This document shows, piece after piece, positions 50,197-63,720 of a DNA stretch of 64,000 bases. Origin of the DNA: Octopus bimaculoides (Eukaryota). Where the stretch lies: assembly GCF_001194135.2 (NCBI RefSeq), contig NC_068983.1, positions 143,160,394-143,224,393 on the forward strand, in the 5' to 3' direction. A program made the position numbers and the translations under genes. Under the pieces are notes generated by a model. It worked only from the letters and a program-made list of their open reading frames with translations, was not told the origin of the DNA and did not search any database. Every line of letters begins with the position of its first letter. Within the stretch, counting starts at the first letter, position 1.

Positions 50197-51374
50197 TGAT
50201 GATAATAATAATGATAATAATAGCATCTAGCATGGTTTATTTCAGTACTTACTCAACTGTAGTGCAGCAATGATCTTAAAAGCACAGAAAGTCACCGATA
50301 ACCTTTTTACAAATGTCTAATAATAGTAATAGAACAAGAAGGAAAAAGTCAGCCACAACAAGAGCAACATTGGTTGAGCTGGTGCATTAGAAAAGCACGA
50401 CAGCCAAGATTACTACCAGATCAGCCGTGTATTGTTGTGTAGCAGAAGTTAATAGATTCTCATACTTATTTATATTTGAATATCATTGGTTTTGTTGTGG
50501 TAGTTGTTGTTTGGTTTTGTTTTCCAATAGTTTCTGTTTGTTTTTCTTTTGTTTGTCTTGCAATCTTGATATGAAGTTTGTTGGAACTAACAAGGTATTA
50601 CGATTATTTATTAAAGTTCTATAATTACTGACATGTGGCTTGAGAAGGGAAGAGAGAGGGATAAGAAGGAGACAGGGTATTGGAAAAGGAAATATTAGAA
50701 GTGAAGGAGAGTAACATGTATCAACACAGAATGATGGAAGAGAAAATAATGTGTGAGAGATTGTAAAGGGTTGAGGGATAGCAATAAAGGTGGGTGATGG
50801 TAAAAAAGAGAGAGAAGGGGAGGGATATATGTATATATGTATTGGTGTGACCTCACTCCCCACAAACAACTAGGCTCCTTCCTCTCTTTTGTCCAATCTT
50901 TCCATTCTGCTCTTGGATTCTCCTGCAATATTTCTAACTCTTCTATCACATTTCTCACCACTATCCCCTCACCACTATCCACACTGCCCTTGCCAGGGCA
51001 TGCTCTGTGGCCTCTGCTCTTTCTCCCTGCATCCGCCCTGCCATTGCCCATCTCCTGTTTTCTTTCACCTATCACCCGTCCACCCTGCCCCTCCAATGTA
51101 CCATTCTTCAAGCTTTCCGGTGACTCCACTCCAGTCCCTCTACCTCATGCACTATCCTCAACCTACCACTACCCTCCTTCAAATGAGCCCACAACCTGCA
51201 TGAGCCCCTGGTCCACAGTTTCTTCCCTAACCACACCTCCCAGCTTGGCTTGTTCCCCTGCTCCTGCCCATGCTGCTGTACTTGCCCCTACCTCTTCAAC
51301 ATCACCATCCTTACAGGGACCCATCATCATCTCTATCACATCACCGACTCCTTTACCTGCACTTTACCTGTTGT

Positions 51375-51545
51375 GAATGGAGGATGACTGCTGCAAGATG
51401 AATGCTGAGCACTTAAAGTGAATGATGTCTATGGAAGAGCAAAACTGGAGAAGACTTGGGATGAGGTGGTGAGAAATAATATCAAGGTACTTCATCTGAC
51501 CAAGATGACTGAGGGCTGTGTCAACTAGTAATGCATAAGGCTGTA
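51375..51545 (+). mobile_element. RTE C-terminal remnant
   Basis: GRAKLEKTWDEVVRNNIKVLHLT, homologous to GRPRKTWxEVVRxDL. Confidence 0.5.
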
Positions 51546-52465
51546 GAAGATCCAACCTCTTGCTTGTTGAAATTCCAGCTATGATAATAGAGTAATATAC
51601 ACTCCAATCCCTGCAACATTCTCTGACACCTCCTCAGTCTCTTCAATCTCCATTACCTATTTTATACCCTCATTTCCCCATCATCCTAATCCACCCTTGA
51701 CTAGGAGAAAAGCATTTGACATGTGCATACTGAGTCCCCTGATCCTTCTGTACCTGTCTTATACTCTCCTATCTCCCCAGCAACTCTTCACATAGTCATT
51801 TACCCTTTCTGAATACTACCTATGTCTACCTCTCATTATCTGCCACTCCTTATGCTTGAGCTGAAAGGCATGGGTTGCATTCTTGCAACTTTCACTCACT
51901 CTGTCTGAGTCCTCTGTTAATATGCTCTCTTCCATTCAACTTCTTGGGCATGTTACTTTGAGAACATACTCCATTACTCTCAACACTTCCACAACCCCAT
52001 AAAGACAAACCCATTCCTCCTATCCTACTGTAACTTCTGCTAACACCTTAACTAATTTCTCACCTTACTATTCTTTCTTTCAATGGAGAAGAACCTTTCA
52101 ACCAGTAAATTACAAAGTGATTTCACTAGTGCTGGCAGAATATAAAAGCACCTACTGCACTAAAAAGTGACTGGCAAACAGACCAGAGACAATGTAGGAT
52201 CTAAGAGGACTCTCTAATCTTGCTGTAGACAAGACAATGACTATAGTGTTGTTGCTATGAAACAAAATGCACCCAGTATATATTGTACAGTGGTTGGCAT
52301 TAAGAAGGGCATTCAACTGTAGAAATCAAGCTCAAACAGAGGGCGTGGGAACAAATTGTGGTCTTTGTCAAACTGTTCAATCCATGCTAGATTAAAGAGT
52401 GTGTATAAAATGGTGATGTGTGTGTGTGTGTGTGTGTGCATGCATGTGTATGTATGTATATACAT

Positions 52466-52511
<46 letters not shown>

Positions 52512-52538
52512 GTATGTATATATATATATATATAAGTG

Positions 52539-52579
<41 letters not shown>

Positions 52580-52589
52580 NNNNNNNNNN

Positions 52590-52643
<54 letters not shown>

Positions 52644-54149
52644 AGGATAAAAGAGACAAACAGACAGACTGAAAAAGAGAGAGTGTGAAGAGGGAGAAAA
52701 ATGCTTGCAGCCTTGAAATTATTTACAACGCTCTAGTTATTGTACATATTTAACACCAACAAACACACACATGTATGTACGTATGTATGTATATATGTAC
52801 GTATGTATGTATGTATGTGTATATATATATTTATATATATATGTATGAGTGTGTGTGTGTATATATATATTTACTACAGTAATACTAGTAATAGTTGTGA
52901 TGGTGTTGGTGGTGGTAGTAGTAGTAGTTGCTGTTGTAGTGGTGGTGGTTATAGTAATAGTAGTAGTAGTAGTAGGAGGAGATGGAGTATCCTATATTTT
53001 ATAATATTTTATAATATGTATTAATCATTCTGGATGTTCCAATCGAAATGTACATAGGTCAATTTCATTATTATAATTATTATTATTATTATTATTGTAA
53101 TAAAGTATTTTCAACGGATCAGTTTTGAGCTCTATTTAAAGTTGATATATATATTGTATATATATNNNNNNNNNNNNNNNNNNNNNNNNNNNNNNNNNNN
53201 NNNNNNNNNNNNNNNNNNNNNNNNNNNNNNNNNNNNNNNNNNNNNNNNNNNNNNNNNNNNNNNNNNNNNNNNNNNNNNNNNNNNNNNNNNNNNNNNNNNN
53301 NNNNNNNNNNNNNNNNNNNNNNNNNNNNNNNNNNNNNNNNNNNNNNNNNNNNNNNNNNNNNNNNNNNNNNNNNNNNNNNNNNNNNNNNNNNNNNNNNNNN
53401 NNNNNNNNNNNNNNNNNNNNNNNNNNNNNNNNNNNNNNNNNNNNNNNNNNNNNNNNNNNNNNNNNNNNNNNNNNNNNNNNNNNNNNNNNNNNNNNNNNNN
53501 NNNNNNNNNNNNNNNNNNNNNNNNNNNNNNNNNNNNNNNNNNNNNNNNNNNNNNNNNNNNNNNNNNNNNNNNNNNNNNNNNNNNNNNNNNNNNNNNNNNN
53601 NNNNNNNNNNNNNNNNNNNNNNNNNNNNNNNNNNNNNNNNNNNNNNNNNNNNNNNNNNNNNNNNNNNNNNNNNNNNNNNNNNNNNNNNNNNNNNNNNNNN
53701 NNNNNNNNNNNNNNNNNNNNNNNNNNNNNNNNNNNNNNNNNNNNNNNNNNNNNNNNNNNNNNNNNNNNNNNNNNNNNNNNNNNNNNNNNNNNNNNNNNNN
53801 NNNNNNNNNNNNNNNNNNNNNNNNNNNNNNNNNNNNNNNNNNNNNNNNNNNNNNNNNNNNNNNNNNNNNNNNNNNNNNNNNNNNNNNNNNNNNNNNNNNN
53901 NNNNNNNNNNNNNNNNNNNNNNNNNNNNNNNNNNNNNNNNNNNNNNNNNNNNNNNNNNNNNNNNNNNNNNNNNNNNNNNNNNNNNNTATATATATATATA
54001 TATATGGGTGTGTGTGTAGTTGTACAAAATATTAATATTGGTGTTGTGGAAACTAAGGGCCAATAAATAGGGTGAAATTTGGAAAATATCAGAAACATGA
54101 TCAAATATCATAGAAGGTTGCTATGGTAACACCAGCATTACTGTTAGCA

Positions 54150-54381
54150 CTGTTACTACAGGTGGTGGTGGTGTTTGTAGTAATTGTAGTATAATGGACA
54201 TAAGGAAGGAGGTGCTGATGGTGGTAGTATTAATTGTGGGGGTGGGTGGGTAATGATTGTGGTTGTAGAAGTCATGTTGCTGATGATAGTAGTGACAATG
54301 ATTCTGATGGCAGCAGGAACAGTAATACTAGTAGTAGTAGTAGTAGTAGTAGTAATAGTAGTAGTTGTGATAGTGGTGGTG

Positions 54382-54413
<32 letters not shown>

Positions 54414-54429
54414 GGTGGTAGTAGTAGTA

Positions 54430-54482
<53 letters not shown>

Positions 54483-54558
54483 TGCTGTTNNNNNNNNNNA
54501 GTAGTAGTAGTAGTAGTAGTAGTAGTAGTTGCTGTTGTAGTGGCGGTGGTTATAGTAA

Positions 54559-54590
<32 letters not shown>

Positions 54591-54741
54591 ATGGTGGATG
54601 TTGCTGCTGTTGTTCTGGTAATAGTAGTAATAGTAATTGCTATTGTTGTTGCTGTTGTTGTTGTTGTTGCTGTTGTCATTGTGGTGGTCGTGGTAGTAAT
54701 AGTTGAAGTCATTGTTGTGGTGGTATTAGTGGAGGTTGTAC

Positions 54742-54797
<56 letters not shown>

Positions 54798-54800
54798 TAA
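54150..54800. repeat. Compound (GTA)n/(GTG)n/(GTT)n trinucleotide region
   Basis: Direct reading; source of the poly-S, poly-V and poly-T ORFs. Confidence 0.9.
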
Positions 54801-54949
54801 GTGATGTGGGTGTTAAAGATGTTAGTTGCAGTAGTAGTAGAGTTAGAAAAAATTATATTATTAGGCAGGCAATGTCCCCTCTTTGTAATGCCTTTATGGC
54901 AAATATTTATGAAATAAAGTATGTATGTATGTATGTTTTATGTATATAT

Positions 54950-55115
54950 GTGCAGATTTGTATGTTTCATGTATTCTCATGCATATAGTTGCATATCTAG
55001 ACATGCTCATATATATTTAAATGATAAACTTCTGGAAAGTTTTACAGATTTTTACAGTTCCAGTGATGGATTGGATCTGTAGTCTTCGAATTAGCTTTCT
55101 CCTTTCTGGTCCTGA
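54950..55115 (-). mobile_element. 3' end fragment of an RLE-type non-LTR element
   Basis: Reverse complement of 55480-55650 (diverged). Confidence 0.7.
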
Positions 55116-55399
55116 GAATGTGTGAGAAGACCAATCATTTGTATTATAGGCATAGTTTATGGCTCCTATACACTCTTTAATGACATGATTTCATTCACTT
55201 GCTGGAATCATCCTCAGGATATAAATACAACATGCACAAGATGCTATATGGTGGAATCAGGCTTGAGACCACGGGATTGCAAAATTGCTTTCTGAACCAA
55301 TTAGATACACCTTCACCACCTTACATACATACATACAGTACTTGCAGTCATATATACATTCAGGCATATATATATATGCATACATACATGGATACATAC

Positions 55400-55800
55400 A
55401 TACACAAGTTCAGATTCATACCCGTGATTGTTGGGGCATTGGGATATGTAACGAACTGCCTCAACAAAAACCTGGAAAAATTAGGGTTCTCAAAACCTGA
55501 AAGAAAAAGGCTGATTAGAAGACTACAGATTCAAGCCATCAATGGAACTGTAAAGATATGTAAAACTTTCCAAAAATTTAGCACATAAATACATATGCAT
55601 GCATCTAGACATAAAAACGCATCCATAAAACAAACATACAAATCTGCGCATACACTAACACCAAATACTGCACACACACACATATGCACAAATACCTAGA
55701 TGATGTTGATAAAAGTTCCAATGAAGGAGCCTTGAATCTATGTTAGAGTCCGGCTCTTTCTCTATGGACAAGAAATACAGAAATGAAACTGATTGATAAC
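55400..55800 (+). mobile_element. RLE-type non-LTR retrotransposon 3' end (ORF C-terminus and 3' UTR)
   Basis: KFRFIPVIVGALGYVTNCLNKNLEKLGF..IQAINGTVKICKTF*; PVIVGALG is typical of R4/Dong-like RLE C-termini. Further UTR fragments lie on - at 57670-57770 and 58185-58425. Confidence 0.7.
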
Positions 55801-56629
55801 ATACATACATACATACATACATANNNNNNNNNNNNNNNNNNNNNNNNNNNNNNNNNNNNNNNNNNNNNNNNNNNNNNNNNNNNNNNNNNNNNNNNNNNNN
55901 NNNNNNNNNNNNNNNNNNNNNNNNNNNNNNNNNNNNNNNNNNNNNNNNNNNNNNNNNNNNNNNNNNNNNNNNNNNNNNNNNNNNNNNNNNNNNNNNNNNN
56001 NNNNNNNNNNNNNNNNNNNNNNNNNNNNNNNNNNNNNNNNNNNNNNNNNNNNNNNNNNNNNNNNNNNNNNNNNNNNNNNNNNNNNNNNNNNNNNNNNNNN
56101 NNNNNNNNNNNNNNNNNNNNNNNNNNNNNNNNNNNNNNNNNNNNNNNNNNNNNNNNNNNNNNNNNNNNNNNNNNNNNNNNNNNNNNNNNNNNNNNNNNNN
56201 NNNNNNNNNNNNNNNNNNNNNNNNNNNNNNNNNNNNNNNNNNNNNNNNNNNNNNNNNNNNNNNNNNNNNNNNNNNNNNNNNNNNNNNNNNNNNNNNNNNN
56301 NNNNNNNNNNNNNNNNNNNNNNNNNNNNNNNNNNNNNNNNNNNNNNNNNNNNNNNNNNNNNNNNNNNNNNNNNNNNNNNNNNNNNNNNNNNNNNNNNNNN
56401 NNNNNNNNNNNNNNNNNNNNNNNNNNNNNNNNNNNNNNNNNNNNNNNNNNNNNNNNNNNNNNNNNNNNNNNNNNNNNNNNNNNNNNNNNNNNNNNNNNNN
56501 NNNNNNNNNNNNNNNNNNNNNNNNNNNNNNNNNNNNNNNNNNNNNNNNNNNNNNNNNNNNNNNNNNNNNNNNNNNNNNNNNNNNNNNNNNNNNNNNNNNN
56601 NNNNNNNNNNNNNNNNNNNNNNNNNNNNN

Positions 56630-56735
56630 GAAGAAGAAGAAGAAGAAGAAGAAGAAGAAGAAGAAGAAGAAGAAGAAGAAGAAGAAGAAGAAGAAGAAGA
56701 AGAAGAAGAAGAAGAAGAAGAAGAAGAAGAAGAAG
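56630..56735. repeat. (GAA)n microsatellite adjacent to an N-gap
   Basis: Direct reading. Confidence 0.95.
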
Positions 56736-56809
56736 AATGCAGGAGTGGTATGACAGTAGCAGGATGCTAAATGGTCAAGTGACCTTGAGGTGACTGTTTT
56801 TGGGTGTTA

Positions 56810-57570
56810 TTCTAAAGCCCTGGTGAATATGTCATTTGTTGTGGATGCATTCAAAAGGGGTTTGTATTTTGTGATAAAGAATGACTCTTTACTTATGCAT
56901 TGACTACAGGTTGTATCAGCCCTGGATTGATAGAGGGGGAAGATTCTGAAGCTTGGTTGTTTGTTATTGGTGCAAATGTCAATGTGTTCACTGAATGTTA
57001 TTTTTCTGTTTTTCGGAATTTTGATCTGGGATCTGTGTAGAACCATTCTTTGATGTAGACTGTTTTTTTTGTTTGGTCTACGTATTGCTCTTGACACCTA
57101 GAGCAGGTTAGTGCATATATCAGGTTCTTTGAAGCACATGTTGTCCCTGTTTGAAAGAGAACTCCGATCCCTCAATTAGATTGATGCATGTACCACAGTT
57201 AGGTTTTCTGCATTTTTTTACTGACGGCTTGTGTTGTTGAGCGTATTCGAGCTTGTGTTAGGAAACTTTTCATAGATTTGGGCTGTCTTTTGTTTTTTAT
57301 GATGGTGTGCATTTGGAGGATTAAATTCATTCTGTGGTCCCTTTTAAGTAGGGGAATGTTTTGGAGGATGGTGTCGAAGGCTTCATTGTGAAGGGGGTTG
57401 TGTGTGGAGATGGATGGTAGGGCTTTTGGTTGTAAATCCTTCTTTAATTTGGGATGTTTGAGTTCGTGGATGTTGAGTTGTAGCTCACGTTGAAAACATA
57501 TGTCAATTAGGGATGGTGGGTAGTTCTTGGTGATGAGTGTATCCTTTAGTTCATGTAGTCATGTGTCCCT
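56810..57570 (-). mobile_element. Penelope-like element remnant: RT C-terminus and GIY-YIG endonuclease
   Basis: Minus translation CRKPNCGTCINL..CASKNLIYALTCSRCQEQYVDQT..LHQRMVLHRSQI..SEHIDIC..KESFFITKYKPLLN. Confidence 0.8.
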
Positions 57571-57850
57571 TGTGCTTGTATTAGAAACTAGCATATATAT
57601 ATATATGTGCATGCATGCATGTACATATGTATGTATGTATGCATGTATGTGTATATGTAAGTATGTCATTATTCGGTTTTATTTCAAGATTTCTTGCCAA
57701 TAGAGAAAGAACTGGTTTCTAACCTAGATCCAAGGCTCCTTCATTGGAATTTCAACATCAGCAGGGTATGTATGTATGTCTGTCTGTACGTGTGTGTGTG
57801 TATGTGTGTGTGTATGTATGCTTGTATGCATGTATGTGTGAGCGTGCATC

Positions 57851-57949
<99 letters not shown>

Positions 57950-58080
57950 ATGTGTGTGTATGCAAGTATGTATGTTTTTCTTTGAGATATTTAAGTTTTC
58001 CCTTTGAAGAATACAAACCACTCACTAACAAAGTGACAAGACTCTTTGAAGTTAAGACAGTTCCTGGGCTTTGAGAATAT

Positions 58081-58123
<43 letters not shown>

Positions 58124-60329
58124 AGAAGGTGCGTGCATACATGTATATATGTATGTATGTATGTATGTATGACATTGTTCAGTTTTATTTCACGATTTCT
58201 TGTCAATAGAAAAAGAGGTGGTTTTTAACCTAGATCCAAGGTTCCTTCAATGGAATTTCAGCAACAACAGCTGGGTATGTGTGTGCGTGTGTGCATGTAT
58301 TTATATGTGCAGATTTGTATGTTTTGCTTCATGTATGTATATCTAGGCATGTTCATATATACTTAAATGATAAACTGGAAAATTTTACAGATTTTTACAG
58401 TTCCAGTGATGGCTTGGATCTATAGTATGTATGTATGCATGTATGTATGTATGTATGTATGTATGTATGTATGTATTGTTGTATGTATGTATTCTTTTCT
58501 CTTTGTAATTTAACATTAGTTTTTGACTGGCTACCCTGTTTGGTAGCAAGGTTGTGAAGGAAACTATCTTCTTGTTTTATTCATTATCTTTTAAATCTTA
58601 AGGTCATGAAGATTTGTACTGCCTCAGATAGTGTGATCATTTTCAGCAAGTGAATTAATGAGTCACATTCCTTCCCAAGAACCCAAGTTCAACCATACTT
58701 TGCTCCAGCCAGGTTAATATGTCTCTTGCTGCTTGAACGATAATAGGAATGAAACTAAAAGTGTATTTTGAGTATTGGATATATGTATATGTGTATGTGT
58801 GAATTGATGGATGTACATGCAGATGGATATCTGGATGGATGGATTACTGTCATCACCATAAAGTACAAGTCAAATGTAATGTATGTAAATTATTGAACAA
58901 ATCCACTACAAGCGTCTCACTGTTTCAGATTAGAACAATATTTTTCTATATTTCCTTAGTAAACCTAACTTTTGGGAATATGTACTAAATTTTGGGGGTT
59001 AAAGACAGCAGGACTAACTTCCTTGGCAATAGAAAATTTATTATAAAAGATTAAATAATTGACAAATAATATCATATCAATGCACAAGACAAATAGTTAA
59101 ATTACCCTTTTTTTATTATTATTGGAAATTATTTTCTTTTTTATTTCCTCCCATAACCCCTCTACCTTATTGCAATCACCAATTTCATAATCACCACCAC
59201 CACCACCACCACCACCACCACCACCACCTCTACTACATACAAATCTACTGAAATTAGTCACAAGAAGAAACTTGTTTCAATGTAGTCATTTGTACAGTAT
59301 GTATTATTTTTTTTTTTTGGTATGTTCAGCTAGACTAGACACTTCACACAACAACAACTAGAACAAATATTACAGCAGCAGCAACAACAACAATAACAAT
59401 TACAAAACCAACAATGGCTTTCAATGAGAAACAAACTGGTTTTTGTTTTAAGAGAATTATGAAACTTGTTGCAACAAGCTGAATATAAACATGTATTCTG
59501 AAGTACTGTTCGTGTATTTAAATATAATTTAACAAAATAAGAAAATAATAAAAATATATATAACATCTTTTGTTTTGTCAAGCAAATTTCAAAGCAAATT
59601 TTTGAGTCAGCAGCAAGGAACCTTTACAGGTCACTTGAAATGCCAGAAATGGCAGTCAAAAATCTTTCAAATCACACCTACTATTTTAAAATATCAAAGA
59701 CATTGAAATACTATGTCTGAAAATCAAAAACGAATTGGTTGTGGCTAGAGGTTTTTGTTACTTGGCCTGCTCATTACTCTGATTTGAATCTCATCAACAA
59801 CAACAAATTCAGTAAATTTCAAGCCACTAAAAGAGCTTCTCTGTGATGATTTGAACTGCTAGAAGTAGCAGTGAAATATTCTCTAAATCCTATCCTATAA
59901 TTTTTCAAAAGACGATACCTATGACTACATTAAATAAAAATATAATGTAGAACAATAGAGAATCTACTATAATCAACATAAAACAGCATTCATTTGTGAA
60001 CAACAAATCAAGAATTAAAAGAACTAACAATGGATCCTATGACAGAAATGAAACTTTTCCTCTTATGTTTACTGAACAAACATTTTTTTTCATTTCTTTT
60101 ATTGATTTAGTCAAAGGATGGAGGCAGTGCCCATAAGCTTCTTAGTGTCTCTAAGACTGATAGGGGGAGGAAGTTAGCCTCAATTTGGGAACCTGTCTCA
60201 AATGCTTACAACACAGTGTACTCTGCTAATGGCATTTGAGGGTCAGGTGGTGGTATTAAACCTAACCAAGGAAAAAGGGAGTTCTCTCTGTTAATTAAAT
60301 TTCAGTCAAAAATATTTGGTCAGTCTAAG

Positions 60330-60940
60330 ATAACGGTGGAACTGGGACTCTCTTGGTTACAATGATGAGGGTTCTAGTAGATCCAATCGACGGAGCAGCC
60401 TGCTCATGAAATTAATATGCAAGTGGCTGAGCACTTCACAGACATACTTGCTCTCAATATAGTTCTCTAGGAGATTCAGTGTGACACAGAAAGTGATAAG
60501 GCTGGCCCTTTGAAATACATGTACTTCTCATTTTTGCCTACTGAGTGGACTTGAGCAACATGAAATAAAGTGTCTTGCTGAAGGATGCAATGTGTTGCTG
60601 GAAATTGAACATCTGACCCTATGATGAGTAAAGACCCCCTTCAGTCATGAATGACCATGGGATTGCACCTAGAAAGTTACCCTCCGAGGCACAAGACCAG
60701 CAGTTGCCCATACATACCAGTCTCCCCTCTCCACGCCACTGATGTTATCCAAGGGAAAGGAAAATGCCAATACAACTTGACACTAGTGATTTCATAACTC
60801 ATATCTACAGCTGAGTGAACTGGAGCATTGTGAAATAAAGTGTCTTGCTCAAGAACACAACACACAGTCCAGTCTGAGAATTGAACTCACAACCTTATGA
60901 TCGTGTGGCTGACGTCTAACCATTGAGCCATGTGTCTTCA
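60330..60940 (-). mobile_element. Two adjacent tRNA-derived SINEs (60330-60630 and 60630-60940)
   Basis: Both have GAAATAAAGTGTCTTGCT; bodies are homologous to 22465-22856 and 17905-18255 respectively. Confidence 0.7.
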
Positions 60941-61589
60941 CAAAGGTGCATGACCCTATGATCATAAGCCAAAAATCCCAACCACTAAACCATATGCTTT
61001 CACTATGGTAGAATACACTTATGACATGCCATGGGATCAAACTGGAAACTATGTAGTTGCAAAGTAAGTGCTTTAGCTCACAGCCATGCTTACCATAAGA
61101 CAGGAAGATCAGAGTCCTGAGTATAACTGAAAAAAGTCTTTAATCTATAGAGAAGGATGGATTTCACATTAAAGCTGAAGAAATGCAATTTAGTTTTTGT
61201 GGTAATGGCTATGTGTAGGGGTCCCCATAATAAATCCTCTACTTTAGTCAAGACATCTGGGGTGTAGCATCTATCTTATGTTCCCATCATTATAATTACT
61301 CATCCTTAGATCTTAATCACTCTTTTGATTTGAATTTTTAATATTTTTTTTTGCCAAAGACCAGCTTTTGAAAATAATTTTATTGACAATGTATTTTTAC
61401 AGAAAAAAATATCAAAAGTATAAAAGATCAAATTATTGAGAAAAGGCAACAACACATAACTACTTCACCAAGGAAACAAAGATAAAGAAAAAAAAAGGTG
61501 GAATTCACATAACAGAAGTGGGGAGAATGGGTGGGAGTAATGAGTTGTACACCCCAAAATAAATGGTGAGTTCAGCCAAACCTCATGGA

Positions 61590-61790
61590 CATTATTGTAA
61601 AGGCATTGCTGTGGAGAATGACTAGCAACACTTGTGGCAACGGCTTCTCCACCTTATGGGGCTCATTTCTCAGATGAGCCACAGTTATCCTGATTTTGAA
61701 GAGGAAATCGGCAGTGCAAGATCCACGAAACCTGAAGTCTCAATGGCCACCAGCACAAACAGATAGCAGCCAGTCAGGCTCCTGTATTTG
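61590..61790 (-). mobile_element. Possible CRE-like non-LTR RLE C-terminal remnant
   Basis: Minus translation YLFVLVAIETSGF..RNEP..VILHSNAFTI resembles the F.P.A.ET.G / RGNA motifs. Confidence 0.4.
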
Positions 61791-62363
61791 TTTATCTTCT
61801 CCTCTTTTGAATTGTCCTGCCTTTACTGTTACTTTCCATCTCTACTCAGTGGTTGAGTAGTTATGAAAGGAAGTCAACAAACCACTTCACGTTTGAGTAG
61901 AAAGAAAAGCATCCAACGGTTATAGTCTACAACACATGCAAACTTGGAAAAATTGATATGAAATAGTAAAAGGGACCTTTCTCCAATAAAAAAAACCAAT
62001 AAAAAATCCTAGGGGCTTGAATCAGAAGAGAGATAGACATTTCCTTTGAATAGATTCTAGTCTATCTCACGTAACACTCCCAGATGATTTGTGACCTACC
62101 AGTAACATGTAAATATGCTATATGAAATATATCCCATGGTCTGAACTCAAAACCTGTGGAACAATAATCTGACACTATCAATTTCTACAAAAGACATATC
62201 GAGGGAGGGTGAAGAAAATGAGGTTGTGTGATAATGATGCCTTTCACCTAAAAGCATAAATAATGTAACATTAATTGTTTACAACTGAGAATAAAAAAAA
62301 AGGAGTTGCTCGATTTTCTGCCTGGGAACCTTTCTCCCACCCACTCTCTCTTCTCTCTCTGTT

Positions 62364-62394
<31 letters not shown>

Positions 62395-62484
62395 TTCTTT
62401 CTCTCTCTCTCTCTCTATATCTCTCTCTCTCTCTCTCTCTCTCCCTCTCTCTCTCCTTTGATATTTTCTAAACAAATAGCTCAA

Positions 62485-62536
62485 TAATGTATTGATTTCC
62501 CTAACGATGAAAATCATTAGGGAAATCAATATATTA
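62485..62536. other. Isolated near-perfect 52-nt hairpin with GAAA loop
   Basis: TAAT(G)TATTGATTTCCCTAA-c-GAT-gaaa-ATC-a-TTAGGGAAATCAATA(T)ATTA; 19/20 outer pairs plus 3 inner pairs. Confidence 0.8.
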
Positions 62537-63429
62537 ATGATATGGTTTGAAACAGCCCTGTGTAAATGTATTTAATTCAGTTCTCTATACATTTAGAGTT
62601 CAAATGTCAACAGGAGAGATTTAGATTTAGCATTCCTTCTTGGAGTTGGAGAAGGGGAGGATAAAATAAGTTTCCCTTATGTATTGAGTGGTAGTGGTGG
62701 CAGTGGTGGTGGCAATGGTAGCAGTGACATTGGTGGTGGTGGTGGTGGTGGTGGTGGTGAGGTGGCAGTTGACAGTTTCCAGAGAAGATTAGTATTGTAA
62801 GTTAAGTGAATTAGAATCAAAGTAAATTGTAAGTTAAGTGAATTGGCTAATCACCAGGAATCAAAACCAAATCAGAATGAGCCAATGCGATGCCTCTTGG
62901 TAATCACTTAACCTATTAGAAATAGCAGCCAAATATCTCAGAAGTCATATTCAATAGTTTTTAAAAATAGAACAGCATATGGCAACAACAGTCAGATCAG
63001 AACCTTTTGCTTTCTATGGTACTCTCCACACACACACACAATATGTGGTTATTCAACCTACTAGAAACAGCTACCACATTCCTTCAAATCAACCTCTGGC
63101 TCCATAGACATGTTATCTCCTTGATCTGCCTTTCCTACCATTATTTCAATGCCCTCTGCTTTTCAGAAGTAGCTAGTTACATAACATATTTTAACTCAAA
63201 CATTCCCAGCACACTTCTACCTCTCTTTCTCACTTCCATCAATTATACTGTTCTCTGGGAATGAAACATTACTGTTGTGCACAGTCAGTAGATGATATCT
63301 TTGACAGAAAATGACCAAGGAAGTTGCAGGATGAACTGGTGAGGTCAGAATTCAAGATGATGAAACTTCCATCCATTCATTCACCTTCTCCTCTCACTAT
63401 TCCCTGGAGAATTGTTGTAGTAAAGTTCT

Positions 63430-63720
63430 CATGCACATCTTCCATAGGATCCTATCAGAAGCAACTATCATTTACACATCCAGCTAGATTCCCAAGCACA
63501 ACCAACAAAGATTACGAATTATTATCCAACTATCTCATTCTTGGTCTATCCCTAGGTCTCCTGCTGACTGGCTCAGCTTGAAGAAACTTTCTTGCAATTT
63601 TTTCCTGTGACATTTTAATCACATGTTCATTGCACTGGATCTGTGACTTCTCAATGCAGGGAAGCAACAGCTTGACCTGGAGAGACTCTCTGATCTACAA
63701 GTTATGCATCCTGTCAAATA
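63430..63720 (-). mobile_element. RTE C-terminal remnant
   Basis: Minus translation IEKSQIQCNEHVIKMSQEKIARKFLQAEPVSRRPRDRPRMR*LDN. Confidence 0.55.

Noticed and set aside
50837-51376. 179-aa Pro/Ser-rich ORF
   Set aside because: Low-complexity C/T-rich DNA with no recognisable domain or convincing splice context; it ends at an RTE remnant.
55715-55770. Hammerhead-like look of CCAATGAAGGAGCC..TTAGAAACC in the RLE element 3' UTR (also 57700-57750)
   Set aside because: The core lacks CUGA in all three copies, and an alternative GAGCC/GGCTC pairing explains the stem.
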